Positions 18,805 through 29,085 of a DNA stretch of 55,448 nucleotides are shown in pieces. The notes under the pieces are model-generated. The model saw nothing but the letters and a program-made list of their open reading frames with translations, ran no database searches and was not told the DNA's origin. Both the position numbers and the translations under genes were made by a program. Origin of the DNA: Candidatus Actinomarina sp. (GTDB lineage: Bacteria > Actinomycetota > Acidimicrobiia > Actinomarinales > Actinomarinaceae). Where the stretch lies: contig JBJKUD010000001.1 of assembly GCA_045563315.1 (NCBI GenBank), forward strand, positions 1 through 55,448, given 5' to 3'. How positions within the stretch are numbered: the stretch's first letter is position 1; each line of letters starts with the position of its first letter.

Positions 18805-21492
18805 ATGTCAAAACCTTTAGTAATAGTTGAGTCACCAACAAAAGTTAAGACTATCTCAAAAATTCTTGGTGATGAGTTTGTAGTTAAGTCGAGTGTTGGT
18901 CATATTAGAGACCTTCCAAGAAATACAAAATCAATTCCAACTATGTTCAAAAAAGAGGATATTCTTTGGGGAGCCGTCAAGCCAACTAAATTTGAAAATA
19001 TATATGTGGTACCGGAAGATAGAAGAAAAATAGTAAATGAACTTAAAGGTTTGGCTGATAATGCCACAGATGTTTACTTAGCTACTGATGACGACAGAGA
19101 GGGTGAAGCGATTGCATATCACTTAATGGAATCTCTTGAATTAAAAAAAGAACCTAAGAGAATCAAATTTAATGAAATAACAGATACAGCCGTCCTTAAG
19201 GCAATGAAAAATCCTGAAAAAATTGATATCGGAAAATTTAAATCGTATGAGGCAAGAAGGACTCTTGACAGAATGATTGGTTATGAAATATCACCAAAGT
19301 TAAGAGATCTTGGGGGTGCATTTATCTCCACAGGAAGAGTACAAGGCCCAGCAATTAGATTAATTGTTGAAAGAGAAGAAGAGCGACTAAGTTTTGTAAA
19401 ATCTGAATATTTTGAAATAAAGGCTGATTGTAAAAGCTTAGGTTTTGAATTTAAATCAAATCTTAAATCTTTAAACGGTGTAAAAATTTCAACCTCCAAG
19501 GATTTTGACAAAGATGGAAAAAAAGTTTCAAATGACAGAAAATATTTAAACGAGGAAGAATCTAGAGACATCGTTAACATCCTTAAAAATTCTGTGGCAA
19601 ATATTTCAAATATTAAAGAATCTCAAAGAACTGGTAAACCTCCCAAGCCTTTTAAAACAACAAGTTTACAAACATCTTCAAGAAACAACCTCGGATTTCA
19701 ACCAGGAAAAACCATGGGTATTGCTCAGAAACTTTATCAAGAAGGTTTAATAACGTACATGAGGACAGATTCAATAAGGTTGTCCGATGTTGCAATTAAA
19801 GCTTCAAGAAAATATATTGAATCCAATTTTAGTAAAGAGCACCTTCCCTCAGCTCCAAATTATTATGGCGATAGTAAAAATGCACAAGCAGCTCATGAAG
19901 CTATAAGGCCATCTGGTGAAAAATTTAAAACGCCAAAAGAATTACTTAGTAAGTATAAAGAAGACAGTGATGAATATAGGTTGTATGAATTAATTTTTAA
20001 TATAACCATCGCATCACAAATGTCTGAAGCAAGAGGGGTAACAAAAACAATAGATATTGAAGTTAATGATGAAATATATCAATCTATTTTGTTAGGTATA
20101 TCAGGAACAACATGGGTTTTTGGAGGGTACAGAGATATAGCTAAAAACTTAAGTGAACAATCACAAGAGTTACCAAATCTAAAAAAAGGTGACAAAGTTG
20201 AAATAATTAATTCTGAGTATGAAAAAAAATTTACAAATCCACCAAATAGATATTCTTCAACATCGCTCATTAACAAACTGGAAGAGCTTGGTATTGGTAG
20301 GCCCTCTACCTATGTATCAATAATCCAAAGTATTACATCAGTGTTTATAAATTCAGAATCTAGCTTAAAACCACGAATAATAGCAATGGCAATGATTAAT
20401 AATTTTATGAAACCTTATTTTGATCCATATATAAATTATAAATTCTCTAAAGAAATGGAAGACAAGTTAGATGAAATTTTAGAAAGTGATTCTCCAGAAG
20501 AAGCAAAGATAGATTTTTTAACAAACTCCTATAAGAAAATTCAAAAACATGTAAATAAATATGGTGAACCAGATCCTATATCCCTTACTTCATACCCTCT
20601 TCCATTTGATACTCGATATGTATTAAAAACTGGGCGAGTCCAAGATAGAATCGCATATCCATATCTACAGAGGGATGATGATTTTTATATAGGCTTGCCT
20701 CCTGATATAACTATTGAAGAACTTGATGAAACATATATAAGTGAAGGTGAAAAACAACAAGAAGCGAGCCTCCTTAAGGAACGGAGAGTTTGTGACTGTA
20801 AAGAATGTGGAACTCCTATATTTATAAAACTCGGACCAGGTGGAGGATATTATTTCCAACACGGTATCAAAGAAAAAGGAGTAAGACAACCAAAATGTAC
20901 ATTTAGAAATATGATTGGGCCAATTTTTGAAGACGAAGATCCTGATCAGCTTAGCGCCGAAGATGCTTATAAAAGGTTTAATTTGTCAACTAAAAATCCG
21001 CGTCTTGTATGTGAAGAAAATGGTTGGAGTTATATGACAGCTGTAGGGCCTTATGGAGGTTTTGCTATAAAACAAAGAAATAGAGTGGTTTTCGATATTA
21101 ATGATCTTAAGCAAATGAAAAAAGATGAAATCTTAGAAATAGTTAACTCAGAAAAATCTCAAAAAATTTTAAACTTGATTAATTCTGAATCAAAAAATAT
21201 TCCCAAAAGTTTAAATAAAGATCAACTTCTTGAAAGGATCAAGGAGACGTATCTGATTAATGAAAAAAGTATCAAAAAATTGTCAAAAGATAGCTTAGTA
21301 AACCTTGCAAAACTCCTAGACATTGTTTTTTATAGAGGAAGATTCCGAATGAAAACTGAAGATGCAACAAAAAATAATTTGATTAATAAAATAGTCATTG
21401 ATAAAAAAAATAAGCCACTCGAAACACCGCAAAAAGCATTAGTAATTGAAAGTTCCGAAATTTTAAATATTTTTGGAGACAATAATAATTAG
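18805..21492 (+). CDS. topA: DNA topoisomerase I
   Basis: 895 aa. TOPRIM (LVIVESPTK, ATDDDREGE) and catalytic Tyr motif GLITYMRTDS. The C-terminal region has two actinobacterial-type GxxGPY-like repeats (LGPGGGYYF, AVGPYGGFA), one CxxC, and a Lys-rich helical tail. Confidence 0.95.
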   Translation: MSKPLVIVESPTKVKTISKILGDEFVVKSSVGHIRDLPRNTKSIPTMFKKEDILWGAVKPTKFENIYVVPEDRRKIVNELKGLADNATDVYLATDDDREGEAIAYHLMESLELKKEPKRIKFNEITDTAVLKAMKNPEKIDIGKFKSYEARRTLDRMIGYEISPKLRDLGGAFISTGRVQGPAIRLIVEREEERLSFVKSEYFEIKADCKSLGFEFKSNLKSLNGVKISTSKDFDKDGKKVSNDRKYLNEEESRDIVNILKNSVANISNIKESQRTGKPPKPFKTTSLQTSSRNNLGFQPGKTMGIAQKLYQEGLITYMRTDSIRLSDVAIKASRKYIESNFSKEHLPSAPNYYGDSKNAQAAHEAIRPSGEKFKTPKELLSKYKEDSDEYRLYELIFNITIASQMSEARGVTKTIDIEVNDEIYQSILLGISGTTWVFGGYRDIAKNLSEQSQELPNLKKGDKVEIINSEYEKKFTNPPNRYSSTSLINKLEELGIGRPSTYVSIIQSITSVFINSESSLKPRIIAMAMINNFMKPYFDPYINYKFSKEMEDKLDEILESDSPEEAKIDFLTNSYKKIQKHVNKYGEPDPISLTSYPLPFDTRYVLKTGRVQDRIAYPYLQRDDDFYIGLPPDITIEELDETYISEGEKQQEASLLKERRVCDCKECGTPIFIKLGPGGGYYFQHGIKEKGVRQPKCTFRNMIGPIFEDEDPDQLSAEDAYKRFNLSTKNPRLVCEENGWSYMTAVGPYGGFAIKQRNRVVFDINDLKQMKKDEILEIVNSEKSQKILNLINSESKNIPKSLNKDQLLERIKETYLINEKSIKKLSKDSLVNLAKLLDIVFYRGRFRMKTEDATKNNLINKIVIDKKNKPLETPQKALVIESSEILNIFGDNNN

Positions 21493-21499
21493 AAATTGT

Positions 21500-22567
21500 T
21501 TAAATATTTGACTCAATTTTTTCTAAGAGTTTATCCCAATTGTAAAAATCATTAACAAACTTTTTGCCTTCTAATCCAAACTCTTCTATCTTTTCAGGAT
21601 TTTCTATAAAATAAAGAATTGACTCTTTAAGTATTTTCTTATCGCCTGCTACGAATCCAGTTTTACCGGGGATAATTGTTTCAATAGCACCTCCTGAGGG
21701 ACCAACAATTACTGGAATTCCGTAGCTTGCTGCTTCTAAATATACTAGTCCAAGACCTTCAAACTCGATTCCAAAATATTTGGACTTTGACGGCATCGCA
21801 AATAAATCGATAGATTTGTAAAAGTTGGTAAGATCATCCTCATTTACCTCCTTTATGAAGGAAACATCAACAGCTGATACATTTGATAATTTTCTTAAAT
21901 AATTTTCTTGTTTTCCGAATCCAAATATTTTTAACTGAATTGGTATACCTTCTTCTCTAATTTCATGAGTTACGTCAATAAGCCAATTTATTTTTTTTCT
22001 AGAAACAAGTCGACTTACGACTCCCACAGTTATTCCTTCATTTAATTCGTATTTCTTTTCAAAATTTGGAATATTAATCCCCGCACCAATATTATGAATT
22101 TGAGTTTCTGTCATGTCTTGTAATTTTTTACGTGAAAAATCACTTACTGTAAAAATTTTATTCAAATTATTAAGATTTTTTTTCAAAATTGTTCTTATTA
22201 TTGGAAAATAATTTAAGACATTAAATTCTGCACCGTGGCATATCATAAATTGAGGAATTTTGACATTTTTAGGTGAATTAGGGATGTCTAATGTATTCAG
22301 TTTATTTACAAATAGAAAATTGGGATTGCTCGAGCCGTGTAAAATAATATCAAACTTGTTTTCATTGATTATTTTTTGTACATCTGAGAATACTTTGATT
22401 GGGTTCCACAAAAAATTTTCTGTAGACTTAAATGTATTCTCACCAGAAATCCATTTTGGTCCGTATACAAAAAAATTATTTTTTGAATTTTCTGAAAGAT
22501 TAGAAAGATAAGTAGAGATACCGCCTTTTTTTGGCTTCCAATCATTAGTAATAAGTAAAATATTCAT
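21500..22567 (-). CDS. Glycosyltransferase, GT4 (GT-B fold) family
   Basis: 355 aa. C-terminal EGLGLVYLEAASYGIPVIVGPSGGAIETI...GKTGF matches the GT4 EX7E region. Acceptor unknown. Confidence 0.85.
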   Translation of the reverse strand: MNILLITNDWKPKKGGISTYLSNLSENSKNNFFVYGPKWISGENTFKSTENFLWNPIKVFSDVQKIINENKFDIILHGSSNPNFLFVNKLNTLDIPNSPKNVKIPQFMICHGAEFNVLNYFPIIRTILKKNLNNLNKIFTVSDFSRKKLQDMTETQIHNIGAGINIPNFEKKYELNEGITVGVVSRLVSRKKINWLIDVTHEIREEGIPIQLKIFGFGKQENYLRKLSNVSAVDVSFIKEVNEDDLTNFYKSIDLFAMPSKSKYFGIEFEGLGLVYLEAASYGIPVIVGPSGGAIETIIPGKTGFVAGDKKILKESILYFIENPEKIEEFGLEGKKFVNDFYNWDKLLEKIESNI

Positions 22568-22597
22568 TTGTTAAAAATTATATGTTTGAATATCTTA

Positions 22598-24643
22598 TCA
22601 AAAAGCTGAAGCAAATATCAGACTCACTATTGTCATAACTTTAATGACTATATTCATTGCTGGTCCTGAGGTATCTTTAAATGGATCACCGATGGTATCC
22701 CCTATAACAGCAGCCTTATGTTCATCCGATCCCTTGCCTGCGCCACCTCCTGCTTCAATATATTTTTTTGCATTGTCCCAAGCACCTCCAGAGTTAGCCA
22801 TAAATATTGCGAGTAAAAATCCTGTTACTAAAGCGCCTGCTAAAAATCCACCTAAAGCTTCTTTATTCCAAAAGCCGATTACTAAAGGTAAAACAATTGC
22901 CAATCCCCCGGGTAGTAACATTTCTCTTAATGCTGCTGTAGTAGCAATATCTACACATTCTTCATACTCTGGGACAACACCTTCCTTACCTTCTCTTAGG
23001 CCAGGTATTTCTCTAAATTGTCTTCTCACTTCCTCTATCATTTTAAAAGCAGCTCTGCCTACAGCGTTTATGGTCATTGCTGCAAATAAAAATGGAAACA
23101 TTCCACCTAAAAATAGTCCAAGAGTAACTTCTACTTTGGTAATATTTAATCCAGATTCAGCCAATCCTGCACTCTGGACAAATGCAGAGAATAAAGCTAA
23201 GGCCGTCACAGCAGCTGACCCAATTGCAAATCCTTTTGCGATAGCTGCAGTTGTATTTCCTAAAGAATCTAATTCATCTGTTGCTTTTCTAACTTCTGGA
23301 TCTAAGTGCGCCATTTCTGCTATTCCACCAGCATTATCTGCGATTGGCCCATAAGCATCAACTGCAACAGTAATGCCAAGTGTTGCTAACACTCCAATAG
23401 CTGCAACCGCAACACCATAAATTCCACCTCCAGCACCTAAAGCCCAATCTCCAGCTGTATAAGCTCCAAAAACTCCAAAAACTACAACAATTACTGAGAA
23501 TGCTGCAGATCTCATACCTTCTGCTATTCCCGATAGTACAAGAGTTGCAGGACCAGTTTTTGCTTGGTCGGCTATATTTTTGACAATTGAATGATGATCT
23601 GAAGTGAACCATTCAGAAATTTGACCAACAGTTATACCTACTAATAAACCAATAATTACAGAGATAAAAAGACCAATTGGATTTTCCGAATAATCTGAAA
23701 ACATTGTATTTGAAAGAAAGAAAACTCCTATTGCAGTTAAGGCTGCAGCTGAATATGTCCCCCTATGTAAAGCTTGTGCTAATTTTCCTTCTTTTGGAAC
23801 TACAAGAAATGATGAGACTATGGAAGCTAACATTCCAATAGTTCCTACTGAAAGTGGAAAAAATAATAAAGATGGTAAGGCTTCTGAGTTAGCGAATACA
23901 ATTGCTGCATAAGCTAGTGGTGCAACAAGTGAACCTACATAACTCTCAAATAAATCTGCCCCCATACCAGCTACATCTCCAACATTATCTCCTACATTGT
24001 CTGCAATAGTTGCGGGATTTCTGGGATCGTCTTCTGGAATTCCTGCTTCTACTTTCCCAACTAAGTCAGCTCCAACATCTGCCGCTTTTGTATAAATTCC
24101 GCCACCCACTCTGGCAAAAAGAGCAATCGAAGAACCTCCTAAGCCAATTGCTGCCAAAATATCATATGCATTTTCAAGTTTGAGTAAATCGACAAAAATC
24201 CAATATCCAAGAGCTACCCCGAGTAAGCCTAGACCAGCAACTGAGAATCCCATTACTGCTCCACCTCTAAATGCTACTGGTAATGCTTTTAAAGTTCCTC
24301 CATCTCTAGCAGCTTCAGTTGTTCTTCCGTTAGCTGCAGTTGCTATCCTCATTCCAATAAATCCAGCTAGGGATGAGAACAATGCACCACCAATAAAAGA
24401 GACAGAACCCCAAATGCCTAGATCAGTAAGAGTTGGAATTAAAATTGCAAGAACTACAACAAAAATACTTATCCAGGAATACTGTCTTTTTAAAAATGCC
24501 ATCGATCCTTTTCTAATTGCATCGGAAAGATTGCTCACATTTTCATCTGAGACATTGATCGATAAAATTCTATTTGCAAAATAAGCAGCTAATAGCAGCC
24601 CCAGAATTGCAGCAACAATAGACCCTTGATAATTTAAAAGCAT
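22598..24643 (-). CDS. hppA: Membrane-bound ion-translocating pyrophosphatase (probably K+-dependent subfamily)
   Basis: 681 aa. DNVGDNVGDVAGMGADLFESY and DAYGPIADNAGGIAEM motifs. GNTTAAIAKGFAIGS has Ala rather than Lys at the position that, as I recall, distinguishes K+-dependent from K+-independent enzymes. H+ versus Na+ coupling cannot be called. Confidence 0.95.
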   Translation of the reverse strand: MLLNYQGSIVAAILGLLLAAYFANRILSINVSDENVSNLSDAIRKGSMAFLKRQYSWISIFVVVLAILIPTLTDLGIWGSVSFIGGALFSSLAGFIGMRIATAANGRTTEAARDGGTLKALPVAFRGGAVMGFSVAGLGLLGVALGYWIFVDLLKLENAYDILAAIGLGGSSIALFARVGGGIYTKAADVGADLVGKVEAGIPEDDPRNPATIADNVGDNVGDVAGMGADLFESYVGSLVAPLAYAAIVFANSEALPSLLFFPLSVGTIGMLASIVSSFLVVPKEGKLAQALHRGTYSAAALTAIGVFFLSNTMFSDYSENPIGLFISVIIGLLVGITVGQISEWFTSDHHSIVKNIADQAKTGPATLVLSGIAEGMRSAAFSVIVVVFGVFGAYTAGDWALGAGGGIYGVAVAAIGVLATLGITVAVDAYGPIADNAGGIAEMAHLDPEVRKATDELDSLGNTTAAIAKGFAIGSAAVTALALFSAFVQSAGLAESGLNITKVEVTLGLFLGGMFPFLFAAMTINAVGRAAFKMIEEVRRQFREIPGLREGKEGVVPEYEECVDIATTAALREMLLPGGLAIVLPLVIGFWNKEALGGFLAGALVTGFLLAIFMANSGGAWDNAKKYIEAGGGAGKGSDEHKAAVIGDTIGDPFKDTSGPAMNIVIKVMTIVSLIFASAF

Positions 24644-24700
24644 TTAATTCCCCCAAATAGCGAATAAATATATATTAATTAGATTAATTCTTTTTGTAGG

Positions 24701-25927
24701 TCATTCTACAACAGGTGTTTCGAATCTTTCGTCATCATCTCTTTCTGAAATTGGAACTTTTTGTAAAATTCTATTCAGCAATATTGGAGCTATGACAGTA
24801 GTGACTATAACCATCCAAATAATAATTGATATTATATCTTCCGTGATAATTGATGATAGTGTTGTAGTAGCAACAGCAACAAAAATTAATCCCACTTCCC
24901 CTCTAGGTGACATGCCGATTCCGATTAATGTTGTATTGAATCCTTTACCCATTGCTCCAAGTGCTGATACATATTTTCCAACAAACGCCAAAAGGCTTAC
25001 CAGCATTCCATACAGAAATACTTCTAATGATGCTAACGTCTGAATGTTTACTTCCGAACCGATGTAAACAAAAAATATTGGAACTAATAAGAAATTTAAG
25101 GGCTTCATTTCCTCTCTGATTCTATGAGTCATTTTTGACTCTGCTGCAATAACTCCTCCAGCAAAAGCACCAACAATTGGATGCAGTCCAACAAAATGTG
25201 CGGCAGCCCCAAGTAACATTGCAAAAATAAAGCTTCCGGTAACAAAAGTTCCTGGAGAAGGAATTTTTACTAAGAAATTGAAAACTATAGGTGAAATTTT
25301 TCTGCCTATTACAACAACTGCTATTAGAAATCCTACAGCTTTTCCTGTAATGATAGCTAAATCTATCAAGGCAAAGTCTCCTGTGCTGCTAAGAAGCCCA
25401 GCAACGACTGTCAGAATTAACAATCCCAAAATATCATCAACAACTGCCGCACCAATAATTGTTTTGGCTTCTTTTGATTTAAGAGCACCTAAGTCACCAA
25501 ACACTCTTGCTGTAATTCCAACTGATGTGGCTGTCATAGCCGCTCCAACAAAGAGGGCTACTTCAAATTGATTAACTCCACCTAATCCAAGTGCATAAAT
25601 CGAACCAAAACCAAGAGCAAATGGTGCAACAACACCAATTAAGGCAACAATTATTGAAGTTGAGCCAAGCTCTACAAACTCTTCTAAGTTAGTTTCTAGC
25701 CCTACTTCAAATAACAAAAGAACAACTCCAATTTCTGCAAGAGTAGAAATTACATCACCTTTTTCAAAATGTGGTAAAAGACCAAGACCATAATATCCAA
25801 TTATTATTCCAGCTACTAATTCTCCAATCACAGCAGGCTGATTGATTCTCCTCATCAATTCAGCACCAAATTTCGCAGCTACTAATATAATTGCTATTTC
25901 TAAAAATTTTTCAATAATTGTTTCCAT
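24701..25927 (-). CDS. Cation:proton antiporter (CPA2-type Na+/H+ exchanger domain, no KTN domain)
   Basis: 408 aa with about 12 TM segments. N-terminal PAVIGELVAGIIIG is typical of the Na_H_Exchanger family. Confidence 0.85.
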   Translation of the reverse strand: METIIEKFLEIAIILVAAKFGAELMRRINQPAVIGELVAGIIIGYYGLGLLPHFEKGDVISTLAEIGVVLLLFEVGLETNLEEFVELGSTSIIVALIGVVAPFALGFGSIYALGLGGVNQFEVALFVGAAMTATSVGITARVFGDLGALKSKEAKTIIGAAVVDDILGLLILTVVAGLLSSTGDFALIDLAIITGKAVGFLIAVVVIGRKISPIVFNFLVKIPSPGTFVTGSFIFAMLLGAAAHFVGLHPIVGAFAGGVIAAESKMTHRIREEMKPLNFLLVPIFFVYIGSEVNIQTLASLEVFLYGMLVSLLAFVGKYVSALGAMGKGFNTTLIGIGMSPRGEVGLIFVAVATTTLSSIITEDIISIIIWMVIVTTVIAPILLNRILQKVPISERDDDERFETPVVE

Positions 25928-26008
25928 GATGAATAAGTTTAAATGAGAAGTGAATAAATGATAATGATTAAAACTTAAAGTAGGAAAATAATATAATTTG
26001 TTAATAAC

Positions 26009-27406
26009 ATGGGAAAAACATTATTTGAAAAAATTTGGGATAACCACCTTGTAGCTTCAATAGATAAAAGCACTAATTTAATATTTGTAGACTTGCACCT
26101 CGTTCATGAAGTAACTTCACCACAAGCTTTTGATAGTCTAAGAATGGCTGGGAGAAAAGTTAAATATCCTGAATTAACCCTTGCAACCGTTGATCATGGT
26201 GTGCCTACATCAAATAGATTATTGGGAATAAAAGATCCATTATCAAAAATACAAATTGATGCATTAGAGAACAATTGTGATGAATTCGGTGTTACATTGT
26301 TTGGAATCAATGATCCTCGTCAAGGTATTGTTCATGTAATAGGTCCCGAACAAGGTATCACTCAACCCGGAATGACAATTGTATGTGGGGACAGTCATAC
26401 AGCCACCCACGGCGCATTCGGTGCTTTAGCTTTTGGTATTGGAACATCAGAAGTTGAACATGTACTTGCTACACAAACCTTAGCTATGGCAAAACCAAGA
26501 ACTATGAAAGTTGAAGTGGTCGGAGATGTGTCTGATGGTGTAGGGCCGAAAGATATAATATTAGGAATTATAAGGAAAATTGGTACTGGGGGTGGCGCTG
26601 GCCATGTTATTGAATATGTTGGTGAGGTAATTAAAAATATGAGCATGGAAAATAGAATGACTATTTGCAACATGTCAATAGAAGGGGGAGCAAGGGCTGG
26701 AATGATTGCACCCGATGAAACAACCTTTAATTACTTAAAAGATAAAAATTATGCTCCAAAAGAATCGGATTGGGATGATGCAATTGCAGAATGGAGTAAT
26801 CTTTATTCCGATAAAGATGCAAAATTTGATAAGGTTGTAACAATCCATGCCAATGATCTTGAGCCATCTATCTCATGGGGTACAAATCCATCACAGGTAA
26901 TTTTTGTAAATGACATAATTCCACATCCTGAAGATTTCAAAGATGAATCTGATAAGGAGGCAGCAGTTAGAGCATTAGAATATATGGATTTAAATCCTGG
27001 TGAAAAAATAAACGAAATTAATTTAGATAGGGTTTTTATTGGCAGTTGTACTAATGGTCGAATTGAAGATTTAAGAGAAGCTGCCGAAATGGTTAAAGGA
27101 AAAAAAGTTGCAGAAACTATAGAAGCCATGGTTGTGCCTGGTTCAACCCTTGTTAAGAATCAAGCTGAGAAAGAAGGTTTGGATAAAATTTTTATTGATG
27201 CAGGATTTGATTGGCGTGAGGCAGGATGTTCAATGTGTCTTGGAATGAATCCAGATATATTAAATCCAGGAGAGAGATGTGCATCAACATCAAATCGAAA
27301 CTATGAAGGAAGACAGGGTGCTGGAGGAAGAACTCATTTAGTTAGTCCAAAAATGGCAGCCGCAGCTGCGCTGCATGGAAAATTTGTTGACATCAGAGAT
27401 CTTTAA
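26009..27406 (+). CDS. leuC: 3-isopropylmalate dehydratase large subunit
   Basis: 465 aa. Aconitase-family motifs [15 protein letters not shown] and NRNYEGRQG. Confidence 0.95.
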   Translation: MGKTLFEKIWDNHLVASIDKSTNLIFVDLHLVHEVTSPQAFDSLRMAGRKVKYPELTLATVDHGVPTSNRLLGIKDPLSKIQIDALENNCDEFGVTLFGINDPRQGIVHVIGPEQGITQPGMTIVCGDSHTATHGAFGALAFGIGTSEVEHVLATQTLAMAKPRTMKVEVVGDVSDGVGPKDIILGIIRKIGTGGGAGHVIEYVGEVIKNMSMENRMTICNMSIEGGARAGMIAPDETTFNYLKDKNYAPKESDWDDAIAEWSNLYSDKDAKFDKVVTIHANDLEPSISWGTNPSQVIFVNDIIPHPEDFKDESDKEAAVRALEYMDLNPGEKINEINLDRVFIGSCTNGRIEDLREAAEMVKGKKVAETIEAMVVPGSTLVKNQAEKEGLDKIFIDAGFDWREAGCSMCLGMNPDILNPGERCASTSNRNYEGRQGAGGRTHLVSPKMAAAAALHGKFVDIRDL

Positions 27407-27407
27407 A

Positions 27408-27995
27408 ATGAAAAAATTAAATGATATAAATTCAACAATGCTTCCTCTGAATATGTCTAATGTAGATACAGATCAAATTATGCCAAAGCAATTTCTAAAG
27501 CGGGTTGAAAGATCAGGCTATGGTGAGTTTTTATTTTTTGATTGGAAAAAAGATCCAGATTTTTCACTCAACAAAAAGGAATATCTAGGATCAAAAGTTT
27601 TAGTTGCAGGAGATAATTTCGGAACTGGTTCATCCCGAGAACATGCTCCTTGGGGGCTACAAGATTGGGGATTCGATGCAATCATTTCAACTAAATTTGC
27701 AGATATATTTAAATTGAATTCAATAAATATAGGACTTTTGCCAATTGAAGCATCTTTGCAAAATGTTGAGGGTCTCTTTGAAAAAATTGAGAAAGATCCA
27801 AGTACAAATATACACATATCAGTTCATAACAAATCTGTTAAATGTGAGGAAATTGAATTTATGTTTGATTTGGATGATTTCTCCCAAAATAGAATTTTAG
27901 AAGGACTTGATAAAATTGATATTACTCTTGATTACATGAGTGATATTGAAAACTTTAATGAGTCAAGAAAAAATTGGAAACCTAAACTAGCTTAG
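27408..27995 (+). CDS. leuD: 3-isopropylmalate dehydratase small subunit
   Basis: Start chosen at the ATG at 27408 (MKKLNDINS...), 1 nt after the leuC stop; the ORF-track start at 27375 lies inside leuC. Motifs DTDQIMPKQFL and GDNFGTGSSREHAPW. Confidence 0.92.
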   Translation: MKKLNDINSTMLPLNMSNVDTDQIMPKQFLKRVERSGYGEFLFFDWKKDPDFSLNKKEYLGSKVLVAGDNFGTGSSREHAPWGLQDWGFDAIISTKFADIFKLNSINIGLLPIEASLQNVEGLFEKIEKDPSTNIHISVHNKSVKCEEIEFMFDLDDFSQNRILEGLDKIDITLDYMSDIENFNESRKNWKPKLA

Positions 27996-29085
27996 TAACT
28001 GGCAAGCTCAAACTGTCGCCAACTTCAACAGACAATAACATTCCGTTGTGTATCTGTAGAGAAGGTTTTAAATTAGGATTACTTTTATATTTTTCAAGCC
28101 AATCTTCAACAAGTAAGTCATCAATATAATTTTGTAAAATTGTAGAAAGTTCTATTGAGGATGTTTTTGGAACTGCCCCTGGCAAATTTGCAATTGCTGA
28201 AACTATTACCCCGTTTCTTATTTCAAATGGTTTACTGTGTGTGTTTGGTTTAACATTTTCTACACATCCTCCTTGATCAATTGCAACATCGATGATGACA
28301 GTACCTTTTTCCATTTGGTTTATGTCTTCTTCGGTAATTACAACTGGAGGATTTCTTCCTGGTATTAATACAGCTCCCACAATAAGGTCTGCTGATCTAA
28401 GTTCAGTTTTTGCTTCTTCCTTGCCACCAATAATTGTTTTTATTTTATCTTGGTATTTATTTTTTAATTCTGTCAAAATTTCTTCATCTAAATCTATTGC
28501 AACAACAGAAGCTCCAATTTGAATAGATTTATCAATTGAAGCTCTTCCTACTTCTCCACACCCAATAACAACTACTTTTGAATTGCTCTTGCCTGAAATT
28601 GAAGATAATAACAGGCCTTTGCCTTCTGAAGAATATTCCAAGTATTGCATTCCTTTTTGTATTGCTAGGTTTCCAGCTATTTTAGACATAGGTATTAAGA
28701 GAGGATACTGATCTCCATCCATAATCATCTCAGTGGCAATACCCGTTAACTTTTTTTCTAGGAGCATTTTTGTCATCGATAAATTAGACGCTAAGTGTAG
28801 ATATCCAAATAAAACATGTGATGGTTTCAAGAGATCAAATTCTTGTTCTTGTGGTTCTTTTACCTTACAAATTATTTCGGAAGATTCATATAATTCTTCA
28901 GCAGAGCCCATTATTTTTGCACCCGAAGATACATAATCCTCATCTGAAAATCCAGAACCTTGACCTGCCCCCGACTCAACAAATATATCAGCAAGACCTG
29001 TAAATTGTGTTAAGTGCTCGGGTATTAACGATACCCTTCCTTCATCTTGTTTTACTTCTTTTGGTACTCCAAGTTTTTTAATCAT
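27982..29085 (-). CDS. ald: Alanine dehydrogenase
   Basis: 367 aa. N-terminal GVPKEVKQDEGRVSLIP and NAD-binding VIGCGEVGRAS. Its 3' end overlaps the convergent leuD by 14 nt, and its start overlaps the upstream IDO-like gene by 8 nt. Confidence 0.93.
   Translation of the reverse strand: MIKKLGVPKEVKQDEGRVSLIPEHLTQFTGLADIFVESGAGQGSGFSDEDYVSSGAKIMGSAEELYESSEIICKVKEPQEQEFDLLKPSHVLFGYLHLASNLSMTKMLLEKKLTGIATEMIMDGDQYPLLIPMSKIAGNLAIQKGMQYLEYSSEGKGLLLSSISGKSNSKVVVIGCGEVGRASIDKSIQIGASVVAIDLDEEILTELKNKYQDKIKTIIGGKEEAKTELRSADLIVGAVLIPGRNPPVVITEEDINQMEKGTVIIDVAIDQGGCVENVKPNTHSKPFEIRNGVIVSAIANLPGAVPKTSSIELSTILQNYIDDLLVEDWLEKYKSNPNLKPSLQIHNGMLLSVEVGDSLSLPVTKLV

Noticed and set aside
22644-24584. Long + strand ORFs (236 aa at 22644-23354 and 134 aa at 24180-24584) inside the pyrophosphatase gene
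   Set aside because: They are antisense shadows of a Gly/Ala/Val-rich membrane protein gene. Their Pro/Ala/Ser-rich translations have no recognisable domain. hppA is unambiguous on the - strand.
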